Shown piece by piece: positions 37,142 through 47,436 of a DNA stretch of 47,436 nt. The notes under the pieces are model-generated. The model was given only the letters and a program-made list of their open reading frames with translations. It was not told the origin of the DNA and did no database searches. The position numbers and the translations under genes are program-made. The DNA is taken from contig JTLS01000018.1 of the NCBI GenBank assembly GCA_000826855.1, positions 1-47,436 on the forward strand, given 5' to 3'. Position 1 is the stretch's first letter; each line of letters starts with the position of its first letter. Origin of the DNA: Basidioascus undulatus. Its lineage: Eukaryota.

Positions 37142-37662
37142 CTTGAGATGACGATTTGGACGATGAAAAGAGTGGGGCAAAAGGGAGTTTGGAAAGGGAG
37201 ATGCGGCGGTAGGCAAGATGCTGGGCAGCAAGAACGCGTGCGGGCAACTTCTCGCTAGACCTCGCGAAATTACACGTGACGGGAATCCTCCCAGAGTTGC
37301 CATTTAACAGGTCTTTCTTTTCCTTGCGTGCAAAACGGGGTAGAGAAAACAATGTTTCATCCCTTTAATCATGTATTATCCAAAATAACTCATGTCTAAT
37401 TACACTCAAACGCTGCTCAAAAGCTGGTCTTGTGTTGCGGAGCACGTTCCAAACTGCTTGTTCGCATTCTCTGAGCACCTTTCAAGCTTTCGGGGTACGG
37501 AGTACCTGTGCATTTCATCTATTTTGGTTTTGGCCAGGAAGGGATAGCCACCTGTAGCAGGGGATCCACAAAACCATGCGCGCCTGAATATCCCGAATCA
37601 TCAAGCAGGCTTGCAGCGTACAGTCAATGACGACCTTCCAGCCACCAACAGCAAATAATCAA

Positions 37663-37990
37663 TCAATCCACCCTTCCGGTCTTTCCTTCCCACCGCAACA
37701 CAACCACATCCCCGCTCCTCCTCGCGTCCTCGTGCACCCGGCTGTTCCACACCCTCCGCCGCTCCACATACCCGCGCTCCTGCAGCAGCGCGTGCACGCC
37801 CGGCTCGTCCAGCAGGGCGGAGAAGAGAACGAGGTGGGACGGCCATGTGTGCTCTTGTTCTGAAATAGAGGTGGACGAAGGGGAAGAGAGGGAAGAAGGC
37901 GAGGAGGGGTGGATGTATGGGCAGCAGGAACCGGGGGGGGTGCAGAGGGTGTGGAGAGGCTGAGGGATGGGGGAAAAACATACTGAATTT
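37663..37990 (-). pseudogene. Orphan C-terminal fragment resembling GPI mannosyltransferase 3 (GPI10/PIG-B)
   Basis: HTWPSHLVLFSALLDEPGVHALLQERGYVERRRVWNSRVHEDARRSGDVVVLRW matches the recalled GPI10 tail (WP..lv.F..L.....GY.e..r.fNs..h.D.RR.GdV.vw). Only ~320 bp separate it from the ICL2 stop, so there is no room for the rest of the gene. Confidence 0.6.
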
Positions 37991-38308
37991 TTCCTTCGCA
38001 TTGTTCGCACATTTATTCATTCTTCGAGCAATTTGTCTTTCCTTCTCTTTCCTCACGTTACGCCTATGCCATCTCCCTCGCACACTCGCAACATCCCCGC
38101 CTCGCCATCTCGCATCGCAACACTTCCCCATTCCCCGTTACCCATCCGTCGCTGTATACCTCCCCCCTCCAGTCTGTACCTGTAATTGTGTTTTCTATCT
38201 CCAGTACGAAACGAAATAGATGGCTATCAACTTTTTTGTCAATGCAAGGTCTCATCATGCTCAAGGTCTCTACTGATGTTCCGGCTTCTACCACTACCCG
38301 TCCAGAGC

Positions 38309-40960
38309 TTAGAATGAGTGCTCCGTCGACTCGGCGCCCATGGAGCTCGTGCTCGAGCTGCCCGACGAGACGGCTGTTCCACACGGCGTCGAAAGTGGAT
38401 CAGCACACCGCCTTAGTATTCAGAAAGATCCCGAAACGTACTAGCCAGCATCCGGTCGACATAGTTCGCGCCGCTCCTGAAAGTCGGAAACATCTGAGTG
38501 AGCGGAAGTGGAGATGAAGAGGAACGAAGGAAAAGAGAACGCACCACTTCTGGTGCGTCAGCACGTCGCACCCGATCTCCTTCTCCTTGCGTTGGATTAG
38601 CTCGACGTATGCGAGCATGCCGTCCGTCTTGAACCGGTTGGCCAGCTCGGCTGAAATTTGAACGAAATGAGCGTTCATTCTCTCGAATTGAAGTGACAAG
38701 GAAATAGAACGTACCAGTGACAGTCGCCGTGCTGTGCAGACCCGCCAGCGAGATCAGCTGGAGCACGAAGCCGGCCTTGCCGAGCTCCCAGCAGAAGGCC
38801 TTCAGGTCGGCGTCTGATTCCGTCCGTATCATGTAAGCCAAACCCAACCAACCACCGCAGAATTTGGCATCACTGACCGGTGAATCCGTGCGCAGACCAG
38901 TTGAAGGACGGGGAGAGGTTGTAGACGAGCTTCCTGTTACCCCGACCAACGCACGTTCAGCAAAGGACGACAGTCGGATGGGACGGAGACATTTCACGCA
39001 CTTTCCGGGGTGCGCCACCCGAATGCGGCTGGCGAAGCCCGTGGCCTGCTGCAGGTCGGGCTTCTTCGTCTCGAGCCAGAGGAGGTCCGCGTACGGCGCG
39101 AACTCGAGGACGCGCTTGATCGCGGGCTGTCGTTTGAACGCATCGGTGCCGAGTTAATTAGCACAGCTTCGGAAGAATGGTCGGGGTGGTTGGAACGCAC
39201 CTCAACACCGCCCTTGTAGTGGTAGTAGCCCTCCTTGGTGCGCGGGCCTGGGTTCGAAACGCGATCGTGAGCGTGCTAGAGGATGAGAGATGTGAAGATG
39301 AGCTTCACGCACTGTCCCAGTCCCAGAAGACGTCCTGCCCGACGATCTCGCGAGCGAGCACGCGCGCATCGGCGTTCGACTTGCCCTTCACCTGCGCCGC
39401 GTACTTCTCCTTCGCGCCCGCCTTGTCCGAGATGCCGGACGCATCGATCGCCTCGTTGACCGCTGCCCCCGTTCAGTCCAATCAGCTTCTGCCTTTCCTC
39501 TCTTCCTCCCTGCCCCCCACTCACCCTGGTCGAAAGTCTTCAGCTCCGCGCCGTCCATCCACTCCTTCTCGAGCGCGTCAATCTCGCTGCCCAGCTTGCC
39601 CGCCATCTCCGCCTCGGCCAGCAAGTCCGCGAGCGGCTTGACGTGGTCCCGGCGCGTCGTGCCGAGGATGAACTCGTGGTCGCGCGCGTCGACGTTGCTC
39701 GAGATGAGCTTCGCGCTCTCCGAGTCCGTGCGCGCGATGAGCAGGTTCGAGGACCCGAGCACATCCCACTGAAAGCGGGTGGCGATGAGGCGCGAGATGT
39801 GCGTCGACATCGGGACGAGCACCTTGCCCGCTTGGTGCCCGCACTTCTTCCCGCCGTGCAACTGGTCCTCGAGGTGGATACCAGCGGCGCCCTAGTCACG
39901 ACCGTATCAGATATCAGCACGCAACATCTCCTTGCAGGTCAGAGTCGGAGAAATGAACCGCACAGACTCCGCAAACAGCTTCGCGAGCTTCATGACCGAA
40001 GAGAGGCCGCCGTGGCTGGCGTTCACTCGCATCAGTCTCTGTCGCTGCCGCGGAGTGTGAACCCAGGAAATGCAGTGCGACTCACCCAGTGTCACCGTCG
40101 GCAACAATCGGACGCAGATAGTCGACATACTTGAGCTTCTCGCGCTCAGCCTTAGGCACGGCGAAGCGCTCATCGTAGTGCTTGCGGTCGTGGTGCTGCT
40201 GCGCGCGGAAGAGGCGGTGGACTTGGTTCGGTACAGTCGTGTAGCTGTAACAGGTTACCGCTTCAGTCAGATTCTGTAGCTTTACAGAAACTGTTTGGAT
40301 ATACGAACGGGTAGTCGGCCTGTGGGGGGAGTGAGTTCAGTAGGCTAACATACATCGGCGGGGAAAGGAAGACGCACAAGGTCAGGGCCAACGTCGTTGT
40401 TGGCGGTGGTCAAGACGCTCGAGCACGCCCATCCAGACACATAGCAGACCTCCAGGTGGTGAGCCATTTGGCTCATCTATCTCCCAATATCGCTTCCAAA
40501 TCAGCTCCCCTCTCTCTTTCTGTGAATTTCTCACGGCCGTACGCACCTGCACCGGGTCGATAGCCCCCATCGTGAGCACCGGGTTCTTCGTCTGCTCCGC
40601 CCGGTCCAGCACCCTGAACAGCTTGTCCGCCATCACGCTGCTGGGCAGCTCTTGCACCGGCAGGCTGCCTCGCTTGCTCACGACCGCGTCGGCCGAGTAC
40701 GGGCGGACGATGCCCTTGAACCGCGGGGAGTCGAACCACTGCTGCACCTCGCTGCAGCGCGAGGCGAACTCCGCCTCTTCCGCATCAACGGAGGGGGCGT
40801 CGATAGGCGCTTGGACGGAGGTGCTGGACATGCGGATGGCGGGGATGGGGGTGGGAAGGGGAAGGTGGTGAGGCTGCAGGGCGGCGAAGGAGCGGAGAAG
40901 GGTTGTTGACCGCCTGGGAAGCGTGCGCAGGATGGGGCGGGCCCGAGAGGAAAGGGACAT
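38309..40960 (-). CDS. ICL2: Mitochondrial 2-methylisocitrate lyase (isocitrate lyase family)
   Basis: Arg/Ser/Leu-rich presequence [18 protein letters not shown]. Catalytic loop [20 protein letters not shown], plus YNLSPSFNW and [21 protein letters not shown] has the methylisocitrate-lyase type L/S rather than the QFITLAG of ICL1. Ends STEHSF*. Confidence 0.88.
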
Positions 40961-41560
40961 TGCTACGCTGGGATTATGGGGCTATGGGTGTGGTGGTGGT
41001 TAGAGAACAAGCTGCTGGTGGTCTTGGGAGCTGAGAGGCATGTCGAGTGAATGTGTAGTGCGCTCAAGGGGAGGACGCGCTGCGCTCCGGCTCGGACGAC
41101 CTCGCGGGCCGGAGACCTTCTCGCGCTCGCTGTGGAGGCCCGAGGTGTTCTCCAACCCGGTCATCGCCGACATCGTCTCTTGCTCTTGACCGTCATCACC
41201 TACCACAAGAAACACTCATTGTTCTAGCTGATGCTTCGAGACTGACACATTTCGAAACGAGAAATCTGGACACACCGTTTGGTGCTTCGGAGACTGACTC
41301 AAGATCGAAACTGACCCCATCCGACTCCCTCTCGCTCTCGCGGATCATGATCGATCTCCTCATTCAGACTGACAACAACCCACCATCGCACAGTCCATAA
41401 GAATTGTTCGATCCCGCACTCACCCTCTCTCCCTCTACCCACTTGTTCACTTCGCGCCGGTCGCATCTATTTATCATCTCTTCGCGCCGTGCGCTCTCGC
41501 TCGAACTCATCGCCCATCGACGCAGGCCGTCCAGGACCCGTCGCCCCGCATCTCACTACC

Positions 41561-42268
41561 ATGCGCTGCTCCATCATCATAACTCTTCCTTTCGTTCTGG
41601 CTTTGGCACGGCGTATCCACTCGCTCCCGCTCTTTCGTCTCGAGCGGGCCGTGGGCGCCCCCTCGCCCGCGCCGGAACCGGGCGAGATGGCGCCGCGAGA
41701 CTCCGCGCTCGGGCAAGAGTACTGGAGGAGGGAGGAGGGCGGCGGAGGCGATGCTGGCTTCGACGAGGAGGGAGATGATGAAAGCTGTGAGGCGGAGGAA
41801 TGGGACGCGGAGGAGTGGGAAGACGACGAAGAGGGCGAGGAGTGGGACGAGGGGTTTGCGGGTACGAGCGCCGCCTATGACGACTCGAAGGTCGGCGACG
41901 ACGTGACGTGTGGCGAGGAGGACGCTGCGGAGCCGTGGACGACGGACGAGCCGGACCCGTCTTCTCAGTCCCTGGAGGACGTGTCGTCGTCGTCGTACGA
42001 CGCACCTGCCGACGCCGCTCCAACCCCTTCCTCTACCGACGCCCCTCCCCCTCCCCCAGACTCCTTCCAGCCCAGCGATCACTCCCACGACCCCGCACCT
42101 TCCGACTTCGCCCCATCTCACGACTCCGACGCGTCTCCGCAGCCCGCTCCTCCCCCTCCAGCCGACGCTCAGCCCGCTTCTAAGCCAATCACCATCTCCG
42201 CCCCGCCCGGCGCGCTGGATAACGTGCTGGGGAGGCTGCCGGAGGAGTTGGGGCATTTGCTTGATTGA
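41561..42268 (+). CDS. Putative secreted acidic, Pro-rich low-complexity protein (235 aa)
   Basis: accATG start and hydrophobic N-terminus MRCSIIITLPFVLALA. E/D/W-rich middle (EEWDAEEWEDDEEGEEWDE) and Pro/Ser/Asp-rich tail. Intronless, GC-rich codons. Confidence 0.6.
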   Translation: MRCSIIITLPFVLALARRIHSLPLFRLERAVGAPSPAPEPGEMAPRDSALGQEYWRREEGGGGDAGFDEEGDDESCEAEEWDAEEWEDDEEGEEWDEGFAGTSAAYDDSKVGDDVTCGEEDAAEPWTTDEPDPSSQSLEDVSSSSYDAPADAAPTPSSTDAPPPPPDSFQPSDHSHDPAPSDFAPSHDSDASPQPAPPPPADAQPASKPITISAPPGALDNVLGRLPEELGHLLD

Positions 42269-42323
42269 GCGCGCGCTAGTGGGGCATTGTTCGTGTCTGC
42301 TCGAGATACATCGCAGTTCATAT

Positions 42324-42563
42324 CTATGGCTTCCGACCCTTTGCCCGAAGAAGACGTATGTCCCCGTGCAGAAGCGAAATCGCAAGATCCTGCAGCACTT
42401 CCATAGGGAGAAACTGCCAAGTCGACTGACGACTTGTTGCCTCTTCCAAATGCGCAGGTACTTGCACAATTGCCGCGCTCCATTCTGGCTTCCATCCCTG
42501 CAGCTCCCATCCGTGTGCTGAGAGCCATGCTTCGGGATCCTCTAAATGGTAAAACAAGATCAT
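42324..42563 (-). pseudogene. Terminal exon of an unrecognised protein family, copy A (5' part missing)
   Basis: Preceded by an AG acceptor (ctaacag). Encodes ILFYHLEDPEAWLSAHGWELQGWKPEWSAAIVQ...WQFLPMEVLQDLAISLLHGDIRLLRAKGRKP*. Homologous to the + strand segment at 43340-43556. Confidence 0.6.
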
Positions 42564-42669
42564 CTGTTAGCAATCAAACGGTGTGATGCCCGTTGCTTCC
42601 AAAAGCCGAGGAAGGACTTGCCTTGGGAAAGCCATGTGGGAGCTACCGGGGCTTCCCCTCTTTCTGTTG

Positions 42670-43556
42670 GCCAGGGATGTTGCCTACCCGTGCCCGTACA
42701 ACCAGATAGAGTACAGCGCATGGTTCAATGAGAAGCGGACGGACCGTCTTGCTCAGTACTTTGTCTCCCGTCAGTTCGAGCATGTGCAACAACTCGCGCT
42801 GACACCAGCGCCCCAGCATGTGCGAGGGATGGAAAGTTTTGCGTGCTACACCCAGGGCTGCTGGAAGGACCTTGGCGGCGATGTCAGGCTGGGCAATGCA
42901 GACTCTATGACTAGGCGAGTCGACGGCGACACCGCGCACTGCGGCGGAGCGGCGCGGATTTCACGGAGGTGAATGCACTGCGCTCCCATTACGATGCCCA
43001 GCGAGACCAACTGGTGGCCGCCGGATCGTATCACCAACCTACGAGGGGAGTGGCAAAAATCATATTTATCGAATGGCGCTTTCGCGGTGGCGCTCACGGG
43101 AGCTGTTGCGCCTGCTCTGCGCCACGGAAGATAGGTCAGTAAGCAGAATGGTGCGTCGCGTTCGTAATTTATATTGCTGTACAATTCTCGGTCTGGCTGA
43201 TTGGTACAAGTGTATCATCATAGCGAAGAAACATGTCTCGCAAGAGGTTGCCAGAAGCTTTTACTGAGGTCAGCGCAATTCTCCGACCGACGGCGTCCTG
43301 GCTTCTCTGATGAGAGTCTAGGAACCAACATCGCAGGGACACTGCACTATCATGCGTGGCTGCGCGCGCGCGGATGGGAACTTCTAGGCTGGAAGCGCGA
43401 ATGGAGCGCTGCAATCACGCAACGACGGAGGTGCGCAAACATCTTGGACGCAATGCAGTCTGGAGTCACCTTCCCATGGCGACATTGCAGGATGTCGCCT
43501 TGGCGCTGCTGCACGGGCAGGTACATGTTGTACGGGCGAGGGAACAGAAGTTATAG
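42670..43556 (+). pseudogene. Degenerate gene of the same unrecognised family, copy B
   Basis: LHYHAWLRARGWELLGWKREWSAAITQ, a frameshift at ~43425, then WSHLPMATLQDVALALLHGQVHVVRAREQKL*. Upstream coding-like pieces in mixed frames (YPCPYNQIEYSAWFNEK; ALRSHYDAQRDQLVAAG..GVAKIIFIEWRF) set the approximate start. Confidence 0.55.
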
Positions 43557-43856
43557 ACGGTGAACGTCACCGCGGAGAGCCAAGCGCAGCTCGACCGCGT
43601 GCGAGGGCATGCGGTCTCATATTTTAGAGCGTGCGGAGTTCGGAAGAAGAGAAGAGGAGCTGAATTGACCCCTTCTGATCCCTCAGTGGTAATTAGCGCC
43701 ACTGTGATCACCAGGGTGCTGCGACTGCGTTTCTTCGACGCCTAATCCGGCCATGCTCCACAGTATGTTAAGCCTTGCGAGGCGATGACCAAACAAAACA
43801 GCGGCATGACAGTCACACAAACGTTACATGGTATCTCCGCCTCTCACCGAATAGCA

Positions 43857-46370
43857 TCACGCCGGCGCAAACTTCTGCTTCCCGACCCATCCAAGCAAAG
43901 CGAGCACGAGCGCCCATCTGACCGTCACCCCGCTAGGCAGGATGCGTGAGAGAAGACTGCGCGGCTGCCCAGGCCGCGGGAATGGGATGCGCCTAGCGTT
44001 CGCCGCAGTGAGCATGCGGAGATTCTTTTCCGTGTACGGCGGATAGCGTGCGCCGAGAAGAACTTCGAGCCTGGAAGGAGACGTTGATATTCAGCATGGG
44101 ACGGCCATTCGAAAGAATACCCCTTCCCGCGACGCTGACAAACCATAGTGGCGAGGTCAAGCGCGGGCGCTCGTAAGTGAAGACGTCGAAGCTCCGCTTG
44201 CCGTGGTAGGCGCCGTAGCCTGCATGGGGTCGTCAAAAGGATCAGACCTACTTGACAGGATTGAAGGGAATTACGGAACGTACCACTCTCGCCGACGCCG
44301 CCGAAGGGAAGTTCTGGAATAGCGTTCTGGCGGGGGTACAGAATTTAATCACCGCTTGCAGCAAAGGCCATTCGGTCAGCTCACCTGAATCAAGACATCA
44401 TTAGCGGTGGCCGAGCCCGACAGGGTGTTGTCGAAGACGTGGTCGCGAATGCGCTTGTTCTGCGTGAACACGTATAGAGCCAGGGGATGCTCGCTGGCGT
44501 ATGAAAGCGGGTCAGCCCGTGGGCTTGCAAAATAGCCAAAGGAAGTGCTGACCCGCTGTTGATGTGCTTGATGGCGTGGTCGATAGACTGCCAGTGTAAC
44601 AGGTAACGGTCAGTCCTTATCCGTGCCCATGCGGATGCCACAATATCTGCATTGCGAAGCTCACCGGCACCGTGACGATCGGCAAAATAGGCCCGAACAG
44701 CTCCCTGTGCGGTACGTCATCCCACGAACGCATGCGCCCAGGTCTCACAACACTCACTCCTTCATGAGAGCATCGTCCTTGGAAACGTTCTTGACGACCG
44801 TCGGAGCGATGAAGCGCTTCTGCCGGTCAGAGTCCCCGCCCAAAACAACCTCGCCCTTCGTGTCCGCGATGAGGCCTGTCAGACGAACGAATGCGCGATC
44901 GTGGATGATGCGGCCGAGGGAGTCCGACGCGGCAGGGCCATCCGGGAAAAAGCGGTTGTAGCTAGAGGAGACGGATGTCAGAACGTTCTGGGAGTCATGC
45001 ATCATCGCGAAACGCACGCGTTGGTGAGCTCGTACACCAGCTTGTCCTGCATCTTGGGCGAACAAAGCACGTAGTCCGGCGCAATGCCTGCAGGACCGAC
45101 CGGCACTTCAGTATAGGAAGACTCGTGTGACTCAGAAGACACTCACACGTCTGACCAACGTTAGTCGTCTTGCCCCAAAGCAGGTGCGACGCAGTCGTCT
45201 TCAGGTCAGCATCGTCCGCTACCACTGCGGGCGACTTTCCGCCGAGCCTGCAAGCGCTGCGTCAGCTTCCAGACTGTTGTCCAAATGGCATGATACTGCG
45301 CACTCGAGCGTCACAGGCGTGAGGTTCTCAGCTGCCGCGCGCGCAACTATCCTTCCCACAGCGCTGTTGCCTGAACGACCGGGATTTTAGTTCGGGATAC
45401 GTTGCTGGACAAAACAGCAGGCTAACTTACCGGTGTAGAATATGTGCGCCCACTTCTGCTTCAGCAGTGCAGTCGTCTCGGGCACCGCCCCGTTCACCAC
45501 GCGCACGACGGAGGAGTCGAGGTAGCGGGGGATGAGGTCGGCGATCAAGGAGGAGAAGGCTACGGTGTGCTCGGACGGCTGGCGTCCGGCAGTTCCAGCA
45601 TGTTAGCTTAGAGAAAAAAGAGCATCTGCGAAGGCGGTCTCACCTTGATAACGACCGTGCAGCCAGCGGCCAGTGCGCCGATAAGCGGCCCGAAGGTCAA
45701 GTTGACAGGGTCTGAGTGATTGGGGAGATGTTCTCAGCGTGCGGTGCAAGGTCAGATCGCGTCGCGTCGGGAGGTAGACGCACAGTTGAACGGAGAGACG
45801 ATGAGCGAGATGCCTGCGAGCAGCGTGGGTCAGTTCCGGTCCTCCAGAAGGTGCCGCGGGTATGGTATAGTTACCCTTTGGCTCTCGCCGCACCTCAGGC
45901 GACATGAGGCTCCACGGGATCGCCGCCCACGGCTTCTCAGGCTTGACCCACTTTCCGACCGATTGCGCCGCATCGATAGCGCTTGGGGCGAGAAGAGTTC
46001 TTCAGCATGCGACCACTCAAGCTCCATAAACTCCTTCGCTTACTCGTTCAACGTGATGATCAGCTCTGTAAGGTACGCCTCGAGCCTGCGTTTGCCCAAG
46101 TCGGCCTCGAGCGCGGCCGCGAGGTCGTCTTGGTGGTCCTTGAGCAAGTACGTGAGCTTGCGGAGCTGGTCGACGCGGAACGCGACGGGGAGGGTCTTCT
46201 TCGACCGAAATGTGGATGTGAGCTCAGACACGATCTAGGAGAAAAGTGCACGAAGGTGAGCATGGGGCGCGAGGATCGAGCAGAGATCGAACGCGGGATC
46301 AGTGGAAACGCACTGCGGGGATCTCGTCCACGGGGGTGTAGGTGAGCTTCTCAGGGAACTCGAAAGTCAT
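43857..46370 (-). CDS. Fatty aldehyde dehydrogenase (ALDH3/HFD1-like) with C-terminal membrane anchor
   Basis: The spliced frame gives REPKG..IVSPFNYP, IKPSE, HIFYTGNSAVG, VTLELGGKSP (catalytic Glu), GQTCIAPDY (catalytic Cys), [26 protein letters not shown] and RYPPY, then a hydrophobic tail [14 protein letters not shown]. Confidence 0.92.
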
Positions 46371-47153
46371 GATGATGTTCTTGGATAGCTATGATCGAGT
46401 TGAAGTGTTAGTGGTGGTGTGGTGGTCGAAAGGTGAGGGTAAGGAGGAAGCGAAGCTAGCGGAAGTTAGCTGCGCGCGGAGCGCGCTTGCTGATTGCTGC
46501 CGGCTATCAGGACGGACCGAGCCGATTCTGCCTTTTGAGGGCAATTCGAGGGCAATTTGAGGGCATGGGGCCATGGGCATCGGCATTCCAACATTCCACC
46601 ACGGACCCACGCCGTTTGGAAACCATCCACATCGGTAGGAGCGTTGGGCGGCAAAGGTGGCCATCACTTGGGGGGGCAGGTAGAGACGAGATTGGAAGAG
46701 AAGAAAGTCCAAGCGCAGCAGGGTCCGGCGCGCGATGGCAACCGACTCATCGCGGCCTGTAACGCTGCCCAGTCTTTCAAAGATACAATTCCATTGACTT
46801 CATCTTTTCAGCAACGAACGCGAGTGGTAGAAGAGCTACAACTCAAAGGCAGGAGACAACATAAGCGAGATGCGGAGCGAAGTGGTGGGGCGTGTGTTGC
46901 GTGTATGCGAGGAGGACGAGCATAAACGGCTTGAGATGCGAAGGGGGACGGAAACACGAGCGCAGAAAGCGGAGCAGAACAGACGGGGTCCGAGACTGGA
47001 AGCGACGGAGGAGTGCGTGTGCGACGATGAAGGAAGTGTGTGCTGCTAGAGACGAAAGGAAAGCATTGTGAGACGGCGATGCAAGGACGATATCAAGTGA
47101 AAGAGATCAAAGACTGTTTAGAGTCCAACGAAGCCAAGGTCGGCCGGCGGAGC

Positions 47154-47436
47154 TCAGTACTTGCCCGAGCCCCACATGCCCTCCTCCGTGAACGCCCTCT
47201 CGACCGCGCGCGCAAGCATGCGGTCCTCATCCTCTCCCTCTCCCTCGCGGCGCGCCTCCCTCACAACGTCCTTAACAATCGCGGTGTTCCCGTCATGCGT
47301 GCCAATCTCCATGTCGAGGAGCTTCGAGACGAGGCGGAGCTCGAGCGCGGCGGTCGACGACGACGCGGACGCCGACCTGCTGGTGGAGCCCCAGGGGACG
47401 AAGAAGGGCATGCTGGGCGAGCCGAAGGTCGGGGCC
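47154..47436 (-). CDS. 3' end of a hypothetical protein running off the window edge
   Basis: Open frame with GC-rich codon bias from the window end: ...ELRLVSKLLDMEIGTHDGNTAIVKDVVREARR...AFTEEGMWGSGKY*. No family recognised. Confidence 0.6.
   Translation of the reverse strand, partial: APTFGSPSMPFFVPWGSTSRSASASSSTAALELRLVSKLLDMEIGTHDGNTAIVKDVVREARREGEGEDEDRMLARAVERAFTEEGMWGSGKY

Noticed and set aside
42326..42548. + strand spliced mini-gene (MASDPLPEED|VLAQLPRS...)
   Set aside because: Synonymous-change bias against the 43.4-kb paralog shows that the constrained frame is on the minus strand.
23376..46370. Lipid/propionate metabolic gene cluster (NTE1, ICL2, fatty ALDH)
   Set aside because: The genes are separated by unrelated loci (permease, UTP11), do not form one pathway, and no other methylcitrate-cycle gene is present.
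1..47436. CRISPR arrays, rRNA genes, intact transposases or reverse transcriptases
   Set aside because: No regularly spaced repeats, rRNA signatures or DDE/RT/integrase motifs were seen; the DNA is eukaryotic.

Overview
GC-rich, very intron-rich eukaryotic DNA, not prokaryotic. Short GT/GC-AG introns with GTGAGT/GTGCGT/GTACGT donors and CTGAC/CTAAC branch points point to a basidiomycete fungus (Microbotryomycetes-like yeast; inferred). The ORF track is fragmented by introns, so gene models were spliced by hand. Apparently intact genes are: an alpha-arrestin-like protein, an F-box/LRR protein with a CaaX end, two CorA-family Mg2+ transporter paralogs, a 71-aa YABBY/HMG-like protein, NTE1, a 32-exon amino acid permease, UTP11, mitochondrial 2-methylisocitrate lyase, a fatty aldehyde dehydrogenase and several hypothetical proteins. 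About six decayed or fragmentary loci sit between them: a membrane-protein relic, a BTB/POZ relic, a fungal transcription-factor relic, an F-box-like relic, an orphan GPI10-like 3' end, and a head-to-head pair of 5'-truncated paralogs of an unrecognised family. I found no rRNA, tRNA, CRISPR array or intact transposon. I see no clear new multi-gene system. The best leads are the unknown inverted paralog pair, the orphan GPI10 end, the run of E3-ligase adaptor genes, intron turnover and GC-AG splicing, and the window-wide gene decay. Family assignments come from motif recall, not database searches.
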